Shown: positions 1 to 9,448 of the stretch, piece by piece
How the letters are laid out: each line of letters starts with the position of its first letter
How positions within the stretch are numbered: the stretch's first letter is position 1
Assembly: GCA_964500125.1 (NCBI GenBank)
Contig: CAZCMV010000004.1
Span: 7,010-71,009, forward strand
Origin: an uncultured Bdellovibrionales bacterium
GTDB taxonomy: Bacteria; Patescibacteriota; Minisyncoccia; Moranbacterales; GWC2-37-73
DNA length: 64,000 nt
Direction of reading: 5' to 3'
The notes under the pieces: model-generated
Told to the model about the DNA's origin: nothing
What the model saw: only the letters and a program-made list of their open reading frames with translations
Databases searched by the model: none
Program-made: the position numbers and the translations under genes

Positions 1-157
<157 letters not shown>

Positions 158-291
158 TCAGCATGGCGTGTGTTTATCACATGTTTCATTTTTGTATTAC
201 ATGAATATTTTACCACATTGACAATCTCTTTTCAATCATTTATCATACAGAGGTAAAAAGGCTCAAAAAAGCCTAAAATAAAAGAAGATAC

Positions 292-375
292 GCCGCGGTG
301 GCGGAATTGGTAGACGCACTGGACTCAAAATCCAGCGATAGCAATATCATGAGAGTTCGAGTCTCTCTCGCGGTA
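292..375 (+). tRNA. tRNA-Leu (anticodon CAA), type II tRNA with long variable arm
   Basis: Acceptor GCCGCGG pairs with TCGCGGT (two terminal G-U). D-arm GCGG-AATTGGTAGA-CGC. Anticodon stem-loop CTGGA-CTCAAAA-TCCAG with anticodon CAA. Variable arm about 16 nt. T-arm GAGAG-TTCGAGT-CTCTC. Discriminator A. No encoded CCA. Confidence 0.85.
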
Positions 376-383
376 CTTAAATC

Positions 384-416
384 AAAAAGTCAGCTATTTA
401 TAGTTGACTTTTTGAT
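384..416 (+). terminator. Hairpin plus T-run just downstream of tRNA-Leu
   Basis: AAAAAGTCAGCTAT-TT-ATAGTTGACTTTTT; stem has one G-U and is followed by TTTTTGATTTT. Confidence 0.6.
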
Positions 417-507
417 TTTATCACCATGCAGACTCGAACCAGGAAAAGGGTCGGGAAAAACTAGGTTTTCCTGTGAAGGAAAGAATTGAAAACCGTGGGT
501 TTTCAAA

Positions 508-556
508 GAGCTCCGACTATAAATCGGAGCAAGTGAGATGTCTCTCCCGCGGTACA
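508..556 (+). other. Degenerate direct copy of the 3' half of tRNA-Leu (anticodon-arm-like hairpin, collapsed T-arm, acceptor 3' strand)
   Basis: GAGCTCCGA-CTATAAA-TCGGAGC hairpin followed by GAGATGTCTCTCCCGCGGTAC. Compare the tRNA 3' end GAGAGTTCGAGTCTCTCTCGCGGTAC. The T-loop is missing, so this is not a functional tRNA. Confidence 0.5.
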
Positions 557-634
557 AAAGATAAGCAATTTCACTTTTTTATATAGTGAGGTTTTTTTTA
601 TTTACTATATTTTATTCGTAATTTAAAATTAGCA

Positions 635-1870
635 TCACATTAAATAAAAAAACGCGGTGGACAGTTGTCCAACGCGTCTTATTTTAATTCTGTCCCCGCC
701 GACGTTTCCCTTATAGTCGACAAAAGGGGATTTCTGGAGGTTCCGAGTGAACCGTACCCAAGCAACGCTGTGCACGGTTATTTCCGCTCCCTTACCAATG
801 TGTTGCCACGGACCATCCCCAATCATGATGATCAGGGAAGCGAAGGGAGCCGAAGGGACAAATAGCTCCGACTGCGTGCTAACCTCCTTTCCTATCACGC
901 CTTCCGGACCGATGTGCACCCTTTTTCCCCCAGGATTTTGGTACTTGAAGTCGCTGCCAGTAGCAACGACTTCATATTTTCCCGGTTCAAGGGTTGTTCC
1001 TGGATCCTCTCCATAGAGATATGACCCTTGAATTTTAATCGGCCTCGGCGGGTCGTTTTTTTGCAACTCCCCCGCCTTCCTATCCAGCTCTATTTTCCGC
1101 TGGATATCAGCCGCCCTATCATGGGAGGTTTTAGCATCCCTCCAATCCCATCTTATTTTTCTCGATGGGACATAACCGGTGTTCCCCTTAATGAAATCAC
1201 CGATTTCGTTGGGAATCATTACCCGGACTAAGCCCTCAGAATCAGGCTGCGCCGGTACTCCTCTGAGATCCAATGCGCGAACCAATGTTCCTTGAGAAAG
1301 CTTTCGGAAAGGATTACCATTTTGGTTATATACCCAAGTTTCCTCGGGCAAAAAACCCAATATCTCGGATTCAGCTTCCGATTGCAGAGATCTCTTGTCG
1401 AGGCTGTTGGCCACAGTTTGTTTTCCATCTTTATGCCAACGATCGAAACTGCTTTTTACAGCAGGCGACCAAATTCCAACAAGCAGGAAAATTACAGCAA
1501 TTGCCAGGATTGGAGAAAAAACATACCTCACAACCTTAATGACCGGACCAAGAATCCAGACCCTGCTCGCGATTGGTGGCATAATGAAAGCCAAGAACCA
1601 AATCGGAAACAGGACGAGAATAGCAATGGAGCATCCGATAGCATGAGCATAAGCACCCAATCCTATTATAAGAACAGCTAATATCAACCAACCCAAGAAA
1701 AATACGCCAACGGCAATAAGAATGACGTTTCCTATTGCAGGCCAAACTGTTCTGAATGTGCCTGCAGCCAAATATGCGCTACCCGCTATAATATTAGCGA
1801 TTTCCGCGCGAAAATATACGGCCACAGCTACCAATACTGCAATTATTACTAGAAGTAACAATCCACTCAT
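635..1870 (-). CDS. Hypothetical membrane protein: about 4 N-terminal TM helices plus a ~270-aa soluble C-terminal domain; GC-rich relative to surroundings
   Basis: 411-aa ORF. Hydrophobic N-terminus (LLLLVIIAVLVAVAVYF...). GC visibly higher than flanks (about 48% against about 35%). Its ATG overlaps the stop of the upstream gene by 4 nt (1867-1870). Confidence 0.6.
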   Translation of the reverse strand: MSGLLLLVIIAVLVAVAVYFRAEIANIIAGSAYLAAGTFRTVWPAIGNVILIAVGVFFLGWLILAVLIIGLGAYAHAIGCSIAILVLFPIWFLAFIMPPIASRVWILGPVIKVVRYVFSPILAIAVIFLLVGIWSPAVKSSFDRWHKDGKQTVANSLDKRSLQSEAESEILGFLPEETWVYNQNGNPFRKLSQGTLVRALDLRGVPAQPDSEGLVRVMIPNEIGDFIKGNTGYVPSRKIRWDWRDAKTSHDRAADIQRKIELDRKAGELQKNDPPRPIKIQGSYLYGEDPGTTLEPGKYEVVATGSDFKYQNPGGKRVHIGPEGVIGKEVSTQSELFVPSAPFASLIIMIGDGPWQHIGKGAEITVHSVAWVRFTRNLQKSPFVDYKGNVGGDRIKIRRVGQLSTAFFYLM

Positions 1871-2604
1871 TTTTTGCCTCCTTTGGATTTTTCGTAGAAA
1901 GCTTTCGCTCTCTCCTTGAATGATTTACAATCATCAGAAAAACTCAAGCGTTCCTCTTTAGCTTGAGAAATTATTCCCTTGATGGTGTCAACAAACTTGC
2001 CTTTCCCATCAGAAAAAATTTCTTTCATTTTTTGAGAGAATTGACTTTCCGCCTTTTTTTCTTTCACTAAAGAAAAAACATTTTTTCCTTGCAGAAAAGC
2101 GACGCGAACCTGAAATGTTTCCTCAGCGTCAGCTCCGGTCTTCCTAAGCAGAGATTCGAGAAAGTTTTTAGCATGACCAATACCCTCCTGAATGCTTTTA
2201 TATGCTTGCTCGATTTTTGGATCAGAGCTGCCTTTAGGCGGGTTGACCGTTTCTTTGATGTCTCGTTCGAACCTCATAACCATCTTTGCTACATAGAGAA
2301 CGAGAGCTTCCGCCTTCTCCTTATCTTCGCGACGAAGACGGGCCTCAAGAGCGTCCATTTCATCTTCCTTTGTCATATCATTCAGGGCATTTACAACTAT
2401 GCCATAAATGATTTCGTCGGAGACATCCTTCTTGGCTTTTTCCAAATCAAAACCAAGAATTTTTTCCACCCTCTCATGGATTTTTTCCGCCCCCTTCTCG
2501 CCAATCTTATCAAAAACCTTCTTGATAATGATTCCAAAAACAGGAATAGCTGTTAATGCCGTAATCCAACGATCGAGTTTCTCCGCAAATGTGGTAATTG
2601 TCAT
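1867..2604 (-). CDS. Hypothetical protein, one N-terminal TM then a charged coiled-coil region; co-transcribed with the 635-1870 gene
   Basis: Start chosen at MTITTFAEKL (ATG 2604-2602) because GGAGGTG sits 5 nt upstream. The ORF track's longer start has no SD. 4-nt overlap with the downstream gene. Confidence 0.55.
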   Translation of the reverse strand: MTITTFAEKLDRWITALTAIPVFGIIIKKVFDKIGEKGAEKIHERVEKILGFDLEKAKKDVSDEIIYGIVVNALNDMTKEDEMDALEARLRREDKEKAEALVLYVAKMVMRFERDIKETVNPPKGSSDPKIEQAYKSIQEGIGHAKNFLESLLRKTGADAEETFQVRVAFLQGKNVFSLVKEKKAESQFSQKMKEIFSDGKGKFVDTIKGIISQAKEERLSFSDDCKSFKERAKAFYEKSKGGKK

Positions 2605-2796
2605 AACACACCTCCATATTGATTGAGTTTTCAAAGGACAATTCCTTTGTTTTACAGATTTGCATCTGCAACGGTCTATTTTAGCATAAATTAACCAAAA
2701 AGTCAATAGCAGGGCGGTTTTTGGCTATTTTTAGCGTCAAATTGGCATGAGAAATTTGGAAGCTTCACACATATTACATTAAATACGAATAAGACA

Positions 2797-2930
2797 TGTC
2801 ATTCTGAGCGAGTGCCGAACTTTCCCAGTTCGGCACGAAGTGAAAAATCCCGTAATAAGCATACGAGTTACCCGAGATCCTTCATTGCACTCCTCCGACA
2901 TATGTCGAAGCTCGCTTGCTCAGGATGACA
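2797..2930. mobile_element. MITE-like palindromic element, copy 1 (terminal inverted repeats TGTCATTCTGAGC...GCTCAGGATGACA; internal perfect hairpin GCCGAACT-TTCCC-AGTTCGGC)
   Basis: 134-bp intergenic element. Its ends are reverse complements of each other and match the ends of the copy at 8181-8255. Both copies share an internal CGAGATCCT. Confidence 0.55.
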
Positions 2931-2935
2931 AATAC

Positions 2936-2966
2936 AAAAAGAGCAGGCTCATCGCCCGCTCTTTAT
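2936..2966 (-). terminator. Hairpin terminator downstream of the 3031-4167 gene
   Basis: AAGAGCAGG-CTCATCG-CCCGCTCTT flanked by A/T runs. Confidence 0.5.
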
Positions 2967-3030
2967 AAAATGCTCTTGTGTTCTTTACATCAATTCATAT
3001 ATTCGTATCAATTCGTATTTCGTAGGGATT

Positions 3031-4167
3031 TTATTTTTTCACTACCCTTGATCTACCTTTTGAAACCTGTGCAATGGTACGCGTGCGAGAAGAACGTTTT
3101 ACAGGTTCAAGTTCGACAGCATTTAGCTTTTCATTTTGTTGATCTGTTTTTCGTTGTTGTTTCCTCAGTAAAAACGATTTGATGATTGCCCTGATAATCC
3201 AGAAAATAATCAGGAAGAAAAGAATAAGTACAATTAAAACTGGAATCAAGCGCACTACAATCACAATCAGTGCACCAACTAATTTTTGCATATCTTTTAA
3301 CATGCTGGCAAACTCTGTCTTTGCCACTTGCCAAGGCCTCCATGATGTCGCAGTTCCTACAGTAACATCCTCGGAAATATTAGCCGTGATCGTTGACATT
3401 TCAACCTGCGAAGAAAGATATCTCATTTGTCCTTCCATAGCTTCAATTTCTCCTCGCACCCGCGAAATTTCTTGAGTCACCGCAAGAACATCACTAATCT
3501 TTCCACTAGTATTATTCAAAATTTCTTGGAATGATTCCTCTTCAGCTTTCTTGTTACGAAGACGAGCCTCTAAATCAACAAACTGGGCGGTCACATCATT
3601 CGCATTAATAGATTCGCTTTTCACCAAAGTAGCAATCTTTTTTATTTCTGCAAAAGCCACGTCGAAATTATTAAACGGGACTTTCACACTGATTGAACCA
3701 CTTTTCATGTTTTGTGCTCCTTTGCGGAAATTTGTCGATTGCACTTCTCCACCAAGTCTCTTTGCAATATCTGAAATTTCTTGCGCGGCAACATCGGCAT
3801 TTTCAACTTGCGCGGTCATGTATCCATTCTTGATTATCTTCTGCTCGACGGGTGCCACTTCTCCAACAACACTGTTTTGTATTGAAACAGGCACACTTTC
3901 CCTAGAGATTCCTTTTGCAGTATTGGACCTGGTCATATCCATACTTTCCCCTACCGAAGACATCGGAGTGATTTCCATTCCTGCATCAGAAAAAGAACCT
4001 TTCAACCCAAGAATTGTTGCATTTTTATTATAGGTCGCCACACGAAAACCAACTAGAAGTATGACCATCAGCACGATTGCAATGATTGCAATCACCCCAA
4101 TTTTGAGGATTTTTTTGGCAGTTTCCATTTTCTTTTTGTTATTTTTTATAAGAAATAGCTTACGCAT
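3031..4167 (-). CDS. Membrane-anchored extracytoplasmic coiled-coil protein (DUF4349-like architecture: N-terminal TM, about 250-aa domain, C-terminal TM helices)
   Basis: 378-aa ORF. N-terminal TM (IGVIAIIAIVLMVILLVGF). C-terminal hydrophobic stretch (LVGALIVIVVRLIPVLIVLILFFLIIFWII) followed by a basic tail. Confidence 0.45.
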   Translation of the reverse strand: MRKLFLIKNNKKKMETAKKILKIGVIAIIAIVLMVILLVGFRVATYNKNATILGLKGSFSDAGMEITPMSSVGESMDMTRSNTAKGISRESVPVSIQNSVVGEVAPVEQKIIKNGYMTAQVENADVAAQEISDIAKRLGGEVQSTNFRKGAQNMKSGSISVKVPFNNFDVAFAEIKKIATLVKSESINANDVTAQFVDLEARLRNKKAEEESFQEILNNTSGKISDVLAVTQEISRVRGEIEAMEGQMRYLSSQVEMSTITANISEDVTVGTATSWRPWQVAKTEFASMLKDMQKLVGALIVIVVRLIPVLIVLILFFLIIFWIIRAIIKSFLLRKQQRKTDQQNEKLNAVELEPVKRSSRTRTIAQVSKGRSRVVKK

Positions 4168-4243
4168 TTATCCGAAACAAAATAGGATGAACACATAAGT
4201 CTCACAAGAAAAACTCACTGATTAGATTATACAATATTTTATA

Positions 4244-4285
4244 AAAAAATAAAAGGCGCCATCCGGATTTCCAGACAGCGCCTTA
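4244..4285 (-). terminator. Intrinsic terminator for the 4306-4638 gene
   Basis: AAGGCGC...GCGCCTT stem; on the minus strand it is followed by TTTTATTTTTTTAT. Confidence 0.6.
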
Positions 4286-4305
4286 TTTCTCCTTTCCATG
4301 AAAAT

Positions 4306-4638
4306 TTATTCTTCTTTTAACACGCCCGCATTGAATCTAAAAAAACGAGCCTTGGAAAATTTTTTCTTAAGACTCCTTTTTTCCCTTTCCCCAACTTTCT
4401 CATCAATCCCACTAACAAAAACAACGTTTTGCGGGGAAAATTTGCTCTCAGTCACAAGTTTTTTTGCTTCCTCCGCATCACTGACACAAATAAATCTGTT
4501 GCAAGAGACCGAATATTTGTCCTTTTTCAATAATTTTCCTATCGCTGCTACAAAAAATTTCATCTCTCCGGGCCAGTAAATAAGGATGGTACTTTTTTCT
4601 TGCTTCATCTTTTCCCCTTTTTTTGATGTCACATTCAT
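4306..4638 (-). CDS. Hypothetical small protein (110 aa), translationally coupled to the upstream 85-aa ORF
   Basis: ATGA start/stop overlap at 4635-4638. Confidence 0.45.
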   Translation of the reverse strand: MNVTSKKGEKMKQEKSTILIYWPGEMKFFVAAIGKLLKKDKYSVSCNRFICVSDAEEAKKLVTESKFSPQNVVFVSGIDEKVGEREKRSLKKKFSKARFFRFNAGVLKEE

Positions 4639-4892
4639 ATTTTTACGAATTTTACATCATTTTTTTCATAGACTTTTTTCATTTCTTCCACCTCTTCGCA
4701 ATAGTCGCTTTTCTTGTGTCCATAAACCACGACAATACCGCATGCATTTCTGAACTTATCAATAGAATAAACTATACCTCCCTTTTCTAAATTTTCACTA
4801 AAAGATAAAACATTTAACCTCAATTGAGCCAATTTTATTTTTACTGCAAGATCGAACTCCTTTTTGAAACATAAAACCAAAACGTTTTTCAC
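4635..4892 (-). CDS. Hypothetical small protein (85 aa)
   Basis: ORF with 4-nt overlap to the downstream ORF. Confidence 0.4.
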   Translation of the reverse strand: MKNVLVLCFKKEFDLAVKIKLAQLRLNVLSFSENLEKGGIVYSIDKFRNACGIVVVYGHKKSDYCEEVEEMKKVYEKNDVKFVKI

Positions 4893-5024
4893 TATTCAGT
4901 CTCCTTTTTTTGAGATTCTTTATATTTTATAGCGAGAGCATATATGAATTTTAAAAAACAAGGGCCACGCACAAAATGTACGCAGCTCAAATATAATATA
5001 CAAAAACAAAATTTCAGTCAATAT

Positions 5025-5498
5025 CTACTCGATGGTCATAAATTCGATCTCATCCTTGTTTTCAGTCAATCTTGCATAAACTAACACAACTTCTTTTTCT
5101 TTTTCCGAATATTTTTTATTAATTGCATCTTTGGCTTTTTTGAGTTCCATTTCGTGAAAAGCTTGCTCGGCATCTTTGTCACCATCAAACTTGCCACTGC
5201 CACCATATGCACCACAATCTTCATGATTTACGATCACAACTTTCTTGGCATGATGCAAATCGCAAGGAACACTTATGCAAGACATAGCCAGCTCACCATC
5301 CTTCACGCATTCATTGATAGCTTTTGCGCTACCAGGAAGAGATGGGAAATCAAAGGTTGTCAGTTTCAATTCTTTTTCGATAAACTCAAGCGTTTCCCGC
5401 CAGAAGCGAAAGTCGATACAAGTCAATACAACCGCTTCACAATTATGAATGTTTTTGAATTTAAATGGAATTTTCATATTGGTAAAATCAAAAATCAA
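5025..5498 (-). CDS. Small protein with beta-carbonic-anhydrase-like zinc motifs (CxDxR ... HxxCG)
   Basis: TCIDFRF at aa 27-32 and VNHEDCGAYGG at aa 88-98. The spacing is about 60 aa, as in beta-CA ligand sets. The protein is short at 157 aa. Confidence 0.35.
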   Translation of the reverse strand: MIFDFTNMKIPFKFKNIHNCEAVVLTCIDFRFWRETLEFIEKELKLTTFDFPSLPGSAKAINECVKDGELAMSCISVPCDLHHAKKVVIVNHEDCGAYGGSGKFDGDKDAEQAFHEMELKKAKDAINKKYSEKEKEVVLVYARLTENKDEIEFMTIE

Positions 5499-5610
5499 AA
5501 TGCAAAAATCAAAATGTCAATGCAAAATGAAAAAATAATAATTCTTTTTGCATTTTAATCTGCCATTTTGCATTTTGAGATTTGCATTTTGCATTATCTC
5601 AAATTATCAA

Positions 5611-6051
5611 CTAATCGATTTTGATATTACGCTTCGTCCTATGTTTTCTCGCTACTCTAATACGTGCAGTTTCTTTTTCAATTGCCGCAGCCACGCGTGC
5701 ATATTCTATGTCGTCCATTGTAACTTTTTCCTTCTTAAGTTCTTCAGCTCGCTTGCGCGCTTCTTCTGCACGGGTAATGTCAATTTCTTCAGCAGACTCA
5801 GCTGTATCAGCCAGCACAACCAAAGCATTGTCGTTAAATTCGATAAATCCACCTGACGTAGCCATTAAAGTTTCCTTACCCTCTATTCTTAGCATTATTT
5901 CGCCAGCCTTAAGCGAAGCAATATAGCTTCGATGATTTGGCAAAATTGTCACTTCTCCATCAGTAACAGGCAGTGTTGCCTGATCGATTTCAGATTCGAA
6001 GACAGTTTTTTCAGGAGTAACTATTTTAAATTTAATTTTAATTGAAGACAT
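5611..6051 (-). CDS. atpC: F1 ATP synthase epsilon subunit
   Basis: 146 aa. Beta-sandwich N-terminus (VTPEKTVFESEIDQATLPVTDGEVTILPNH) and helical C-terminus. Last gene of the atp operon. Confidence 0.85.
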   Translation of the reverse strand: MSSIKIKFKIVTPEKTVFESEIDQATLPVTDGEVTILPNHRSYIASLKAGEIMLRIEGKETLMATSGGFIEFNDNALVVLADTAESAEEIDITRAEEARKRAEELKKEKVTMDDIEYARVAAAIEKETARIRVARKHRTKRNIKID

Positions 6052-6207
6052 AAATATTGCTTTAAAATCCTAATGTCAAAATCCTAATGTCAAAATCCTA
6101 ATTTCCAATAAATGACTCGATGACCAAATTCTATTTTTAGATATTTTGATTTAGTATTTTATTTGATATTAGTCATTAGGATTTAGAATTTGCGAAGTTA
6201 AAAAATC
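6052..6207. repeat. Intercistronic palindromic repeat element (AAATCCTAATGTCAAA x3 ... GTCATTAGGATTT), atpD-atpC spacer
   Basis: Three tandem copies of AAATCCTAATGTCAAA, with the inverted partner TAGTCATTAGGATTTAGAATTT about 90 nt later. Confidence 0.7.
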
Positions 6208-7740
<1,533 letters not shown>

Positions 7741-7813
7741 CAAGCTTTTTGTTTCATCCACGATTCAACTAAGCTATAAACAGAATCAGAATCTCGAACA
7801 TACTATAGCGGTC

Positions 7814-7842
7814 TTGACTTTTTTATGATTTGGGTGTATAAT
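7814..7842 (+). promoter_or_regulatory. Near-consensus sigma70 promoter on the plus strand (TTGACT, 17-nt spacer, TGTATAAT)
   Basis: TTGACT at 7814-7819. Spacer is 17 nt. TATAAT at 7837-7842 is preceded by TG. Confidence 0.65.
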
Positions 7843-7907
7843 TGACAACTTTCCACGCAGTTCCTTTCATGTCATGTCGACTGGCCCAAAACGCAAAGGA
7901 GAAAATC

Positions 7908-8093
7908 ATGATAAAACCAGAGGTTTTAAACATGATGTATTTCGGACTTGGGATTGCAATAATTATTGTGTTTTCCATGATAGCCCTCCAGAAATTACAA
8001 ACTCTAACGGCATTGGAAATGATACTATACTTTCTGGTCATTTTCTTGGCTGGGTCTCTCCTGTTTAATGGTATTTTATTCTTGGTAAAGTAG
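7908..8093 (+). CDS. Small 2-TM membrane protein (61 aa) encoded antisense to the atp operon
   Basis: AAGGAG lies 7 nt upstream of ATG 7908. Sequence MIKPEVLNMMYFGLGIAIIIVFSMIALQKLQTLTALEMILYFLVIFLAGSLLFNGILFLVK. Sits about 65 nt downstream of the promoter above. Confidence 0.5.
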   Translation: MIKPEVLNMMYFGLGIAIIIVFSMIALQKLQTLTALEMILYFLVIFLAGSLLFNGILFLVK

Positions 8094-8180
8094 TTTCTTT
8101 GCCAACAAGCGGCACAACGTCCCATTCCGGCAACACTGGAATTGGGGCGTTTTTTATTTTTCAAAAGAACCTCTTCTCTT

Positions 8181-8255
8181 TGTCATTCCGAACTTGTTTC
8201 GGAATCTAGAGGAGCATGCAACCCTTCGAGATCCTGAAACAAGCTCAGAATGACA
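8181..8255. mobile_element. MITE-like palindromic element, copy 2 (TGTCATTCCGAAC...GCTCAGAATGACA; internal hairpin ATTCCGAA-CTTG-TTTCGGAAT)
   Basis: The reverse complement of its 3' end (TGTCATTCTGAGC) is identical to the 5' end of copy 1 at 2797. Shared internal CGAGATCCT. Confidence 0.55.
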
Positions 8256-8372
8256 CATTATTATCTTTTCATTTTACATTGTCATTTTGCTCCGCCAATT
8301 GGCGGATTGATTTTTGCATTTTGCATTCATAAATTCGAGTCATTCGAGTGCCCATTCGTAAATTAGAGTCGC

Positions 8373-9329
8373 CTATTCGAGCGCCGCCGATCCTGCACTT
8401 ATCTCCGCAATCTCCTGCGTAATCTTTCCTTGACGAATCTGGTTATACATCAGTGTGAGATCTGCGGACATTTCCGTTGCTGCGTCTGTTGCATTTCTCA
8501 TAGCCATCATGCGCGCGCTTTCTTCAGATGCTTTTGATTCCAAAATCGCATGAAACAATTGCATCTCAATAAGGCGTGGAATAATAAATTCCAAAACTGC
8601 TTCCGGACTTGGCTCAACTTTATATTCAACTTTCGGTTCGTCCAATCCATATTCTTTCGCAAGCACATCCATTTCTGCAATTTGCTTTTCAATATCAACC
8701 TTTGATATCGGCAAAATCTGACGAATTCTGGTTTGCTGAGTTACTGCACTGATATAATCCGTATACACCACCACTACCTTGTCATATTTCTTTGCCAAAT
8801 ATTCATCAATAACCATTTTGGAAACAGGCTTGATATCTGTAATTGAAGCAAACTGCGCGCCATCGGCAAATGCAGCGATTATTTCCTTTTTCATCTTGCG
8901 CACCATCCCTTCGCCTTTCTTACCAATCGTAATAAAATCAATCTTAAGATCCGTTGCGCAAGTCTTGGTCTCAACCTTTTTCTTGCCAATGCGGTTAATC
9001 AGAAGCTTTTTTGGATCAGTAATTTCTTCGCGCAGTTTTTTGAAAATTTGCGTGTTAAATGAGCCGCAAAGTCCCCTATCGGACGCAACCACCACGATAA
9101 GCACACTACACACCGGACGTACTGCCAGTAATCCTTCCTGCGCATTTTCAAACGCGCGTGCAAGATTAGTCAGCACGCTCCAAGCACTGTGAGCATAAGG
9201 GCGCACACCCAAAACGCTCGCCACACTCCGGCGCATCTTAGCAGCTGAAACCATCTCCATTGCTTTGGTGATTTTGCGAGTACTATTTACAGATTTTATT
9301 CGACGACGAATGTCTTTACCTGATGCCAT
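8373..9329 (-). CDS. atpG: F1 ATP synthase gamma subunit
   Basis: 318 aa. MASGKDIRRRIKSVNSTRKITKAMEMVSAAKMRR N-terminus; C-terminal helix ends ...AALE. Confidence 0.9.
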   Translation of the reverse strand: MASGKDIRRRIKSVNSTRKITKAMEMVSAAKMRRSVASVLGVRPYAHSAWSVLTNLARAFENAQEGLLAVRPVCSVLIVVVASDRGLCGSFNTQIFKKLREEITDPKKLLINRIGKKKVETKTCATDLKIDFITIGKKGEGMVRKMKKEIIAAFADGAQFASITDIKPVSKMVIDEYLAKKYDKVVVVYTDYISAVTQQTRIRQILPISKVDIEKQIAEMDVLAKEYGLDEPKVEYKVEPSPEAVLEFIIPRLIEMQLFHAILESKASEESARMMAMRNATDAATEMSADLTLMYNQIRQGKITQEIAEISAGSAALE

Positions 9330-9448
9330 AATTTTTTTTAAATCCTAAATCTAAAATCTAAATATCAAATAAAATCCTAAGTCTCAAATTCCAATTTGTC
9401 ATTTCGTCACTAGACATTTATTAGGCATTAGTCATTAGGATTTTGGTT
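9330..9448. repeat. Intercistronic palindromic repeat element (AAATCCTAA family)
   Basis: TAAATCCTAAATCTAAAATCTAAAT ... TAGTCATTAGGATTTTGG. Confidence 0.65.

Noticed and set aside
298-489. 63-aa plus-strand ORF from the six-frame track
   Set aside because: It lies entirely over the tRNA-Leu gene and its terminator hairpin. No SD. It is a translation artefact of structured RNA sequence.
481-556. Possible second complete tRNA downstream of tRNA-Leu
   Set aside because: An acceptor-like pairing (CCGTGGG/CCCGCGG) and a 7-bp anticodon-like hairpin exist. But there is no D-arm and the T-arm is collapsed (GAGATGTCTC has no 7-nt loop). It was called a degenerate tRNA fragment rather than a tRNA.
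7823-8164. 113-aa minus-strand ORF between atpD and atpG
   Set aside because: Overlaps the better-supported plus-strand small gene and its promoter. It has no SD and an implausible composition.
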